In this document: positions 57,401-64,000 of the stretch, piece by piece | Numbering within the stretch: the stretch's first letter is position 1 | How the letters are laid out: every line of letters begins with the position of its first letter | Assembly: GCA_963707505.1 (NCBI GenBank) | Contig: CAVPQB010000004.1 | Span: 576,001-640,000 of the forward strand | Source: an uncultured Gemmatimonadales bacterium | Lineage (GTDB): Bacteria > Gemmatimonadota > Gemmatimonadetes > Gemmatimonadales > Gemmatimonadaceae | Direction of reading: 5' to 3' | DNA: 64,000 nt | Translations under genes and position numbers: made by a program | The notes under the pieces: generated by a model | The model's input: the letters and a program-made list of their open reading frames with translations, nothing else | What the model was told of the DNA's origin: nothing | Database searches by the model: none

Positions 57401-58130
57401 TCCGTCGCTCGACATGCAGATGAACTTCCGTCCCGACGGATTCAGTCTTCATCGCAAGATGACGTTCTCGCTCGTTGGATCGAACGTGCTCGCGGGCCTG
57501 GATCAGCTGCTGCACGGCAGCAACCTGCGCGGTTGGGGTCAGTTCAATCGCGCCGACCCGACGCTGCTCTATGTACGCGGTTTCGATCCGGTCAAGCAGG
57601 AGTTCATCTACGACGTGAACGGGCGCTTCGGCTCCAATAGCTCCGCGCGCGCAGTCTACCGTCAGCCGTTCGTGCTTGCGTTGCAGGCCAAGCTCGCGCT
57701 CGGGCCCGACCCACGGGACCGCTTCAGGCAGATCTTCGCAGCGCGCACGGATAGCTCGTCGATTGCGTCGTCAGCGGTACAGAATCCGGTTGCACAGATC
57801 ATACAGATGCGCGACTCGCTGAATCTGAACGACGCGCAGGTAACGCAGCTCACGACGGTCTCCGATACGCTTGCCGCGCAAGCGCTGGCGCTTGGTGTGC
57901 AGATCAGGGCGGAGGTGGCCAAGCAGGGCTCCGGGAATCCGCAGGCGATAATGTCGAAGATTCGTCCGCAGATCGTTGCAGGCCGACAGAATCTCACTGC
58001 GGCGATGGCTCAGGTGCAGAAGATTCTGACGCCGGATCAGTGGAAGAAGGTGCCTGAGAACATCAAGAATCCGCCGGCGTTCGGCGGTCCCGGTGGTGGC
58101 CGCCGCGGGGGTCGCGGGCCGGGCGAATAA
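54489..58130 (+). CDS. Oar-like TonB-dependent receptor (N-terminal carboxypeptidase-regulatory-like domain) with helical C-terminal extension
   Basis: Signal peptide; VTGRV..PDGKPL, YRVEFRAIGF; plug region N..TLDG...GQFSGG..TRGGTN; GGPIIKDK.F.F; FSPRAGFS; GDINGDG. Confidence 0.85.
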   Translation: MRKSFVLFAALLLGIGINSRPAQAQIGSTTDIVTGRVLGPDGKPLENVTVAVKSAESGITRTKRTGADGRYTILFPDGGGQYRVEFRAIGFAPISRNVARQGDEDRLVTDVQIGTQVAAKLSTVAVTARNGGRDRGAAPTPGESGRTLSSEQLERLPVDMSDISAIAAMAPGVVGIAGNDTTAAAFSVAGQRSTLNNTTLDGLSFGSFSVPAEGLRSTRVVTNTYDPSKGQFSGGEIASTTRGGTNELTGGFTYSRRDPVLEFEGADSAAVSPTYLQDQISAGLGGPIIKDKMFVFGSAQLRRRSDPVQSLLASSPATLSTLGLDPASVQAFESQVNALGIPSPTAVPDRRIGDNTVGLLRLDYFLNDANSLTIRGDYRGSTQDPTRSNPYALPSSAGASTTTGAGLAATLTSNFESGIINELRTYYSRDNNHSEGYLTLPAGRVRISSPLADGTQALSVISFGGNPGFPQAGSSALLEAADEVSYLSKDRTHRVRLGTLFDLNTFRQNVTNNRLGTFTYNSLGAFLSDTPDSYSRTLLSQERAGKTVAGAVYLGDTWRPNRQVQVVYGVRAEGTKVDDAPPLNSDVESKFGLRTNDFPTEVHFSPRAGFSINLTKPNPNDPFSQFQPAFLLRGGIGEFRAKTPTGLFTSAAGATGLVNTEQQVSCIGPAVPMPDWQSYLGDPTTAPTSCVGNSSIPQNFSSVSPSVTLFAPDFEAPRSWRASLGLQHRLIGNITLSADASYARGVALYGVQDLNLNTTPAFKLADEGNRPVYAPAAAIVTGTGQVTSGGSRIYPEYGQVLELTSGLQSDTRQLTLSLNGATAGGTFFTFAYTLQRTRDQSSFTCCSAAQGFASPTTAGNPNISEWAPGDQDIRNTIQTYFTKPVKDWLEITANARLSSGAPFTPIVSGDINGDGSHNDRAFIFNPATASNPAIASAMKELLASSPANVRDCLTSQLGTVAGRNSCRGPWTPSLDMQMNFRPDGFSLHRKMTFSLVGSNVLAGLDQLLHGSNLRGWGQFNRADPTLLYVRGFDPVKQEFIYDVNGRFGSNSSARAVYRQPFVLALQAKLALGPDPRDRFRQIFAARTDSSSIASSAVQNPVAQIIQMRDSLNLNDAQVTQLTTVSDTLAAQALALGVQIRAEVAKQGSGNPQAIMSKIRPQIVAGRQNLTAAMAQVQKILTPDQWKKVPENIKNPPAFGGPGGGRRGGRGPGE

Positions 58131-58133
58131 CCG

Positions 58134-59168
58134 TCACGCCGAATATCGTTGCCGCCACACTTCGACGCGTGCCAGCACGTCGTCGACGGTGATGCGCGGC
58201 ATGCGGCCGGGCCGATTCTCCATGGTGGGCACGTAATTCTCTCCATCATTGGCGTATGCATCGATCATGAGATCGTGAAAGCGCCGATAGGGGCCCGTTC
58301 TTTTCGGGTTGGTGTAGCCGAGTAGCGAGATTACTGGGCGGTTCATGGCCACGGCCATGTGAAGCGGACCTGTGTCTGGTGCCAACACGAGCGCAGACGC
58401 GTCGAGGATGCTGATGAGCTTGCGCAGACCACTACCAAGCTCGGAGCGAATCGGAGTCGAAGCGCGCTGTCTGATTATTCGTTCCGCATCGAGCTCGCGT
58501 GCGGAGCGGCCGCCCACAAGCACGGGCTGCAATCCGTAATCGGAATACAGCGCGTCACACACGGCTGCCCAGCGCTCGGGGAGCCAGTCCTTTTCGGGCT
58601 TGCTCGTCGCGACGACGATGGCAGCGACGGGACGCTCGAACTGTGAAATCCAATCCGCCTGCCACGCGCGCTCGCCGGCCCATGGGCCGATGTTCCATTC
58701 GAGCGGCGCATAGGGAACTTCCAGATACTCGAGAAATTCGAGGTACTGGTCCTGCACGTGCCTTATGGGACGCGGTGGAATCTTCCTGTTCGTGAACAGC
58801 CAGTTGAGATCGCGCGCGCGCGCGCGATCGAAACCGAGCTTGACTGTCGCGTCAGCGAGTGCGGTAACGATACCGGCCTTGAAGTAGACCTGGAGGTCGA
58901 TCAGCAGATCGAACTCGTGCGTGCGGAGCCGCGGACGCAGATCGGTGAACGAGCGGATGCCGAGCGATCTATCGAACTCGATTATCTCATCGACTGATGG
59001 GTGGCCGCGTACCATGGTGGCCGGTACTGCCTGGAGGATCCATGAGATGGTGCATGCCGGCCGGTATCGCTTGAGCGCAGTTACCAAGGGGAGGGCGTGT
59101 ACCACGTCGCCCGCGGCGGACATCAGCATGATACATATTCTGTCCAAGCGCACGTCGGCTCGGCTCAC
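58134..59168 (-). CDS. Glycosyltransferase family 9 (LPS heptosyltransferase)
   Basis: MSAAGDVVHALP, FDLLIDLQ, KDW, DTGPLHMAVA, TNPKRTGPY; GTGA overlap. Confidence 0.92.
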   Translation of the reverse strand: MSRADVRLDRICIMLMSAAGDVVHALPLVTALKRYRPACTISWILQAVPATMVRGHPSVDEIIEFDRSLGIRSFTDLRPRLRTHEFDLLIDLQVYFKAGIVTALADATVKLGFDRARARDLNWLFTNRKIPPRPIRHVQDQYLEFLEYLEVPYAPLEWNIGPWAGERAWQADWISQFERPVAAIVVATSKPEKDWLPERWAAVCDALYSDYGLQPVLVGGRSARELDAERIIRQRASTPIRSELGSGLRKLISILDASALVLAPDTGPLHMAVAMNRPVISLLGYTNPKRTGPYRRFHDLMIDAYANDGENYVPTMENRPGRMPRITVDDVLARVEVWRQRYSA

Positions 59169-59941
59169 GCTGGTTGCGCCGCCGCTGCCAGAGCCAGGTA
59201 TGACATGTCGTCGTCGGACAATGCGTTAGTGCGCGGCGCCAGTCGCGTACGCCACTGGCGCAGAGACCGCATGAGCCGCTCGATGTTGGCGCGCGCGACA
59301 AGCGGATCGCCGGGAACGTGGAAGTGCACACGGTCGACATCCAGTACGTGTGCGATGTATCCGTCATCACCGGAAGTGATGAGCACGTTCTTGAGATTGA
59401 GGTCCGGATGCTGCGCGCCCGTTGCGGTGAGCCGCGACAGGAGCCGCGCCACCGCATCGAGAATCGGGTGACGCTGTGCGTCGTTGCGCACGTCACCAAA
59501 CACCGCCGAAAGATCTGCGCTGCCTTCCACGAAGCGCGTGACGACGTCGGCGCGCCGAAAGAAGCCGCCGGCTGGATATGTACCGACCGCCAGTACTTCC
59601 GGCGTCGGAACGCCGCCGAGGCGCAGGCGGAACGCCGCGGTCAGCTCGCGGGCCACACGAGTGGGCGGAAGGAACCGGTCGTGCAACAACCGGCCGACGA
59701 AGCCGCCGCGCATTACATGACGTACGGCGACGCGGCCTGTCAGGGGCGGAAAGTTTATCGCATACACCGGCGCGCGCCCCTGAAACACCAGCGCGTCCGG
59801 CACTTTCGACGCATACGTGTACAGTGTGTCGTGTTCCAGAATCGCGCGCGTCGTCTCCGCCAGCGCGCGCGCCACGAGAATATTCGCGCCGTCGACCGTT
59901 ATGTGTTCGTAACCGGTGATCGGGATCAGCTCCGAGCTCAT
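59165..59941 (-). CDS. Kdo kinase-like lipopolysaccharide kinase (KdkA/InaA family)
   Basis: GRAPV, RHVMRGG, R..REL, GVPTP, RADVVT, HPDLNLKNVL, VLDVD, NIERLMRSL; ATG 59941 overlaps the trpE stop. Confidence 0.82.
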   Translation of the reverse strand: MSSELIPITGYEHITVDGANILVARALAETTRAILEHDTLYTYASKVPDALVFQGRAPVYAINFPPLTGRVAVRHVMRGGFVGRLLHDRFLPPTRVARELTAAFRLRLGGVPTPEVLAVGTYPAGGFFRRADVVTRFVEGSADLSAVFGDVRNDAQRHPILDAVARLLSRLTATGAQHPDLNLKNVLITSGDDGYIAHVLDVDRVHFHVPGDPLVARANIERLMRSLRQWRTRLAPRTNALSDDDMSYLALAAAAQPA

Positions 59942-61461
59942 CCGCCATCCCGCGCGACTGCCTGCGACGGTGTAATCTTGGTGCGCACCTGTGCGATGGC
60001 CGTCAACACAGCGCGCGCCTTGTTCTCGGTCTCGATCCACTCGGATTCCGGAACCGAATCCGCGACGATTCCTGCGCCTGCCTGTGCGGAAGCAACCCCG
60101 TTCGCAATCACACACGTGCGAATCGTAATCGCGAGATCTATCCGCTCTCCGCCCCAGCCGATGTATCCTACCGCGCCCGCATACGCTCCGCGACGCTCCG
60201 GCTCCAGCTCATCGATGATCTCCATCGCGCGTACTTTCGGTGCGCCGGTCATCGTGCCAGCGGGGAAGGTCGCACGCAACACATCCGCGACGCCGATCTC
60301 TGGACGCGCGGTTCCGTCGACCTGGCTCACGATATGAAGAACGTGCGAGTACTTCTCGACGCACATGAAGTCACTCACCGTTACCGTGCCGTACTCGGCG
60401 ACGCGTCCCACATCGTTGCGCCCCAGATCGACCAGCATGACATGCTCGGCGCGCTCCTTCTCGTCCGCCAGGAGGTCGGTCGTCATGCGGTCGTCCTCTT
60501 CTGCGGTCTTGCCGCGCGGGCGCGTGCCTGCGATCGGACGAACCGTGACCTGACGATTGGCGAGACGCACCAGAAGCTCCGGCGAGCTGCCGACAAGCTC
60601 TGTGCCGTCCAGGTCGAGATGATACATGTACGGCGACGGGTTCAGCGCGCGCAGTGCGCGGTACAGATCCGAGCTGTCGAAGTCGTGCTCGACATCGATG
60701 CGCCGCGCGAGCAGGCACTGGAAGCAATCGCCGGCGCGAATGTACTCCTTGATGCGCTCGACGTCGGCGACAAATCTATCGTGCTCGTAGTTGGATTTGC
60801 CGATCAGCTCTTTCGTTGGAGCGCCGAGTGAGAGCGGCTCGAGTGGAGAAGGATCGAGCAGACGCGCGGCGATCGCGTCGAGCTCCGCCTGCGCATCACC
60901 GTACAACTCTCGCAGCTCGTATTCACTTGCGTTACGTGGAACGGGCACGGACACGATGAGCCGTCCCTGCGACCGCAGGTTGTCGATCACCACGAGTCCA
61001 CGCGTGAAGACGAACAGCGCGTCGGGTATGTCGAGCTTTTTACGGGGCGGATTCGGAAGCGATTCGATCGCGCGCACGACATCATAGCCGAGGTAGCCGA
61101 CTGCGCCGCCCCAGAACACGCCCAGCTCCGGCACTTGCGCCGGTGCATGCTCCTTTACCAGCCGCTCCAGATCAGCCAGAGGGTCGGTAACCTGGCGTTC
61201 CGTGTGCCAGCCGTGGGATTGCGACCAGTCCGAGACGACCCCATCCGACAGCGACCATGCCGAGCGCGGCTCCGTACCCATGAACGTGTAGCGTGACCAC
61301 GTTTCGCTGCCGGCCGGCGCCGACTCCAGAAGGAAGGCGAAACCGCCCCTCCGGAGCTTCGCGAAGGCTGAAACAGGGGTGTCGATATCCAACAGCACGT
61401 CGCGCCAGACAGGGACGAGGCCGGCCGTTGCTGCGTGCGCTCGAAAACGGTCGAAATCCAT
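59938..61461 (-). CDS. trpE: Anthranilate synthase component I
   Basis: DTPVSAF, FLLESA, GGAVGYLGYD, NPSPYM, GSSPE, PIAGT (Ala, not the PabB PIKGT Lys), EHVMLVDLGRND, FPAGT..GAPK, AGAGIVADS. Confidence 0.9.
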   Translation of the reverse strand: MDFDRFRAHAATAGLVPVWRDVLLDIDTPVSAFAKLRRGGFAFLLESAPAGSETWSRYTFMGTEPRSAWSLSDGVVSDWSQSHGWHTERQVTDPLADLERLVKEHAPAQVPELGVFWGGAVGYLGYDVVRAIESLPNPPRKKLDIPDALFVFTRGLVVIDNLRSQGRLIVSVPVPRNASEYELRELYGDAQAELDAIAARLLDPSPLEPLSLGAPTKELIGKSNYEHDRFVADVERIKEYIRAGDCFQCLLARRIDVEHDFDSSDLYRALRALNPSPYMYHLDLDGTELVGSSPELLVRLANRQVTVRPIAGTRPRGKTAEEDDRMTTDLLADEKERAEHVMLVDLGRNDVGRVAEYGTVTVSDFMCVEKYSHVLHIVSQVDGTARPEIGVADVLRATFPAGTMTGAPKVRAMEIIDELEPERRGAYAGAVGYIGWGGERIDLAITIRTCVIANGVASAQAGAGIVADSVPESEWIETENKARAVLTAIAQVRTKITPSQAVARDGG

Positions 61462-61476
61462 GCGTTAAGTTGAGGG

Positions 61477-63537
61477 ATGAAGCGCACCATGACAACGGGG
61501 TTGCTGATTCTTCTCGCTCCCGTCGCCATCGCCGCCCAGGAATGGAACTCGCCTCGCGCCGAGAGCCTCGCGACTCACGCGACCGCGGTTCGCGCCGCTC
61601 AGCTCGCCGATAGCGGGTTAAAGAGCTACAAGGCCCAGGCTCGTGGCTACCTGACCTTTCTTGCCCAGTTGGGCAAGGGCTTTCCCGATCCTCCGAAGAT
61701 AGTCCGTGCCGACCAGATCGCATCGGATATCTACTGGAAGGCGCCCTCACTCAGCAAACAGTTGATCAAGGGGCGCCGCGACACGCTGGTCCTGCCGACC
61801 GACATCAATTATCACCGGGACCATCTCGGAATAGTGCAGAACAACTTCCCGAGCTTCATCAGGATTGGCGACGGCGACGAGGTGCAGGACGTTCCCCATC
61901 CGCTATCGCCATCCGGACTCAACGATTACGACTTTGCCGTGGGCGACTCGCTGCAGATCCGGCTGGGCGAGCGGACGCTGGATGTCGTGCAGCTGCGATT
62001 TCGTCCGAAGGATCAGAATGCTGCGCGTGCAATCGGATCCGTGTATGTGGACAGGGAGAGCGGGTCCGTGGTGCGCATGGCGATCGGGTTCACGCGCGCT
62101 GCGTACAGGGACAAGGACCTGGAGGATATCTCCGTCGTGCTCGAGAGCGGCTTGATCGATGGGCGGTTCTGGTTGCCGAGGCGGCAGGAAGTGGAGATAC
62201 GAAGGACGGGGACGTGGTTGGATTATCCGGCGCGCGGGATAATTCGGGGACGCTGGGAGATTTCGGATTATGACGTCAACGTCCCGGTGGATGCAGTCTT
62301 CGATCGTGGTCCTGAGATAGAGACCGCGCCGGGAGCAGTAGTTACGCGTAGCGGCGAGGTTACGACCAGGGGATTCAAGTTCCCGGGGACGGTGCTGGAT
62401 TCGATTCCACCGGATGTGCAATCGTTCGCGAGCTCGGACGTCGCGAAGCTGCATGGCGAGGTGAGTGATCTCGTGCGGGCTCGATCCGTGGAGCGCGCGC
62501 GTACGCTGGCGGTGGCGGGGTCGTCGGTGTCGCAGTTCGTTCATTTCAATCGCGTCGAGGGAATTGCACTGGGCGCGGGGGCCACAGTATATCCGGCTCC
62601 GCACGTGTCGCTCAATGCGGGCGCGGGTTACGGATTTTCGGATCGTGACTGGAAGCCGCATGCGGCTCTGTCATACACGTCGAACAGCGGCGCCGGCGTG
62701 AGTGTCGCTGCGTATCGTGCGTTGCATGACGTGTCGGTCGTTCCCGAGCGCTCGGGGTTGATCAACAGCTTCGCGGCGCAGGAATATGGAAGCGACTACA
62801 CCGGGCTTTTCAGTGCACGCGGCGGGTCGGTCACCCTGTCTGCGCCGACCGCAATGGCGTTGCGTCCGACGTTCGAAATCACGGTCGAGCGACAGGCGAT
62901 GGCGAGTGATCATGGAGAACCCGCGGCACGACACTTTGCTCCACCGCAGCTTGCGACGTCGCTGATCGAAGCTCGAGCGACGCTCAGGCTCGACGCGCCA
63001 CGCTTCGAGCTGTTCGGGATGGATGCGTCAGCGGCGCTGGCTCTTTCCGCAATGCACGATCGCGAGGATGCGGTCGCGCATTTCGTGACCGAGTCGGGGA
63101 AGGGCATCGGCACCATCGCAGCGACTCGTACGTTTTCTGAAGGGCAGTTGGCGATCTCGATGTTGGCGGCGGGTCTCACGAGCGGGACGCGGACTCCGCC
63201 ACAATCGCTCATCGCGCTCGGCGGACCTGTAACCGCACCCGGATACGATTTCCATTCACTCGTCGGCGAGCGCGCCGGTGCGGTTCATGTCGAGTGGCGA
63301 GCGAAGGTGCCGTTCATCCCCGTGCCGCTCGGCAGCTGGGGGCGCGCACCGGCGACGGCGACGCTTGCGCCTTTCGTCCATACCGTGTGGGTCGACGGCA
63401 AGGGATGGTATCCCAGCGCGGGCGTGGGATTGCTAAGCATCTTCGATCTACTGCGTTTCGACGTCGCGCGTGGAACGCGAGGCGGACGGTGGAGCTTCTA
63501 TTTCGACGTGAGTCGGGACTTCTGGCCAATTCTGTAG
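61477..63537 (+). CDS. Exported/outer-membrane hypothetical protein with C-terminal beta-barrel-like region
   Basis: Signal peptide ending AIAA-Q; FWLPRRQ; FNRVEGIALG; C-terminal SAGVGL..FDLLRFDVARG..WSFYFDV. Confidence 0.75.
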   Translation: MKRTMTTGLLILLAPVAIAAQEWNSPRAESLATHATAVRAAQLADSGLKSYKAQARGYLTFLAQLGKGFPDPPKIVRADQIASDIYWKAPSLSKQLIKGRRDTLVLPTDINYHRDHLGIVQNNFPSFIRIGDGDEVQDVPHPLSPSGLNDYDFAVGDSLQIRLGERTLDVVQLRFRPKDQNAARAIGSVYVDRESGSVVRMAIGFTRAAYRDKDLEDISVVLESGLIDGRFWLPRRQEVEIRRTGTWLDYPARGIIRGRWEISDYDVNVPVDAVFDRGPEIETAPGAVVTRSGEVTTRGFKFPGTVLDSIPPDVQSFASSDVAKLHGEVSDLVRARSVERARTLAVAGSSVSQFVHFNRVEGIALGAGATVYPAPHVSLNAGAGYGFSDRDWKPHAALSYTSNSGAGVSVAAYRALHDVSVVPERSGLINSFAAQEYGSDYTGLFSARGGSVTLSAPTAMALRPTFEITVERQAMASDHGEPAARHFAPPQLATSLIEARATLRLDAPRFELFGMDASAALALSAMHDREDAVAHFVTESGKGIGTIAATRTFSEGQLAISMLAAGLTSGTRTPPQSLIALGGPVTAPGYDFHSLVGERAGAVHVEWRAKVPFIPVPLGSWGRAPATATLAPFVHTVWVDGKGWYPSAGVGLLSIFDLLRFDVARGTRGGRWSFYFDVSRDFWPIL

Positions 63538-63660
63538 GAGTGGCCTGAAGCTTCGCGCCGACCCGGGTATTGTCGTTTCGGTGTTCTCGATCATGGTCTC
63601 AATGGAAACGCTATCCGTGCTTACGGGCGGCGGGGATCCGCGATTGCTATATTCAACAAC

Positions 63661-64000
63661 GTGCACCGGTCATGGTCGGTTCGTCTCGGGTGGGCGCTGT
63701 GTGCCATCGTGTTCGCGGTCGTGTTCCCGATTCAAACGGGAATGCACGCGGCTGCAATGGTCGCAATGTCCGGAATGCCGCAGATGCGCGATATGGCCGC
63801 CGATGTGGGCAGCGACTGCGGACATGCTTCGACTGCGCGCCACGACCGAACCGACCGCCGTGGTGGCCAGCACCGTCCTGATGGTTCGTCGCCCGACTGC
63901 TGCGGCTTTGCCTGTAGCTGTCCATCAGCGCCCACCTGTGACGGACCTGCGTTTGCGGCTGCGGTTCCATCAGGCATCAGCGCGGATGCTCCAACCCTCG
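63661..64000 (+). CDS. Partial small Met/His/Cys-rich exported protein, DUF2946-like (runs off window; absent from ORF track)
   Basis: Manual translation from GTG 63661: MHRSWSVRLGWALCAIVFAVVFPIQTGMHAAAMVAMSGMPQMRDM...DCGH...DCCGFACSCPSAPTC..., no stop; TGcTATATT lies 7 nt upstream. Confidence 0.65.
   Translation, partial: MHRSWSVRLGWALCAIVFAVVFPIQTGMHAAAMVAMSGMPQMRDMAADVGSDCGHASTARHDRTDRRGGQHRPDGSSPDCCGFACSCPSAPTCDGPAFAAAVPSGISADAPTL

Noticed and set aside
59938..61461. PabB instead of TrpE
   Set aside because: PIAGT rather than PIKGT; lacks the PabB catalytic Lys.

Overview
GC-rich bacterial core-chromosome segment, probably Gemmatimonadota. This is an inference from gene content and lineage-typical hypothetical proteins; no database search was run. 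It holds about 57 densely packed, often translationally coupled genes. These include a partial SusD lipoprotein, etfBA with a FadF/EtfD-like Fe-S oxidoreductase, moeA, dacB, queD, gpmI, an L,D-transpeptidase cluster, guaB, an amino-acid permease, nrnA and a secreted cyanophycinase fusion. Next come padR, mrp/apbC, late futalosine-type menaquinone genes (ubiE/menG and ubiD-, ubiA-, ubiX-like), a Cho-like nuclease, mutM, purD, a trans-sulfuration enzyme, an HD-GYP regulator, a PEP-CTERM protein, glmM and glmS. The last part has a VPS10/BNR protein, mscL, a tandem cupredoxin, an Acr3 arsenic module, dtd, maf, an Oar-like TonB-dependent receptor, LPS core genes and trpE. I found no tRNA, rRNA, CRISPR array or mobile element. 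The best leads are: (1) an SH3/OB protein + catalytically dead L,D-transpeptidase + active L,D-transpeptidase operon; (2) an arsenic module with ArsR-type operators but no arsR/arsC, in which acr3 is followed by a CGC-metallophosphoesterase coupled to an ABC exporter; (3) a structured, non-ribozyme glmS leader; (4) a family-16 lysine methyltransferase next to etfB; (5) a TonB receptor with a Spy/CpxP-like tail; (6) a cyanophycinase fused to a dead beta-lactamase-like domain; (7) many apparent leaderless starts; (8) an unlisted DUF2946-like Met/His/Cys-rich ORF at the right edge. Two genes (fadF-like and purD) carry single-base frameshifts that may be assembly errors.
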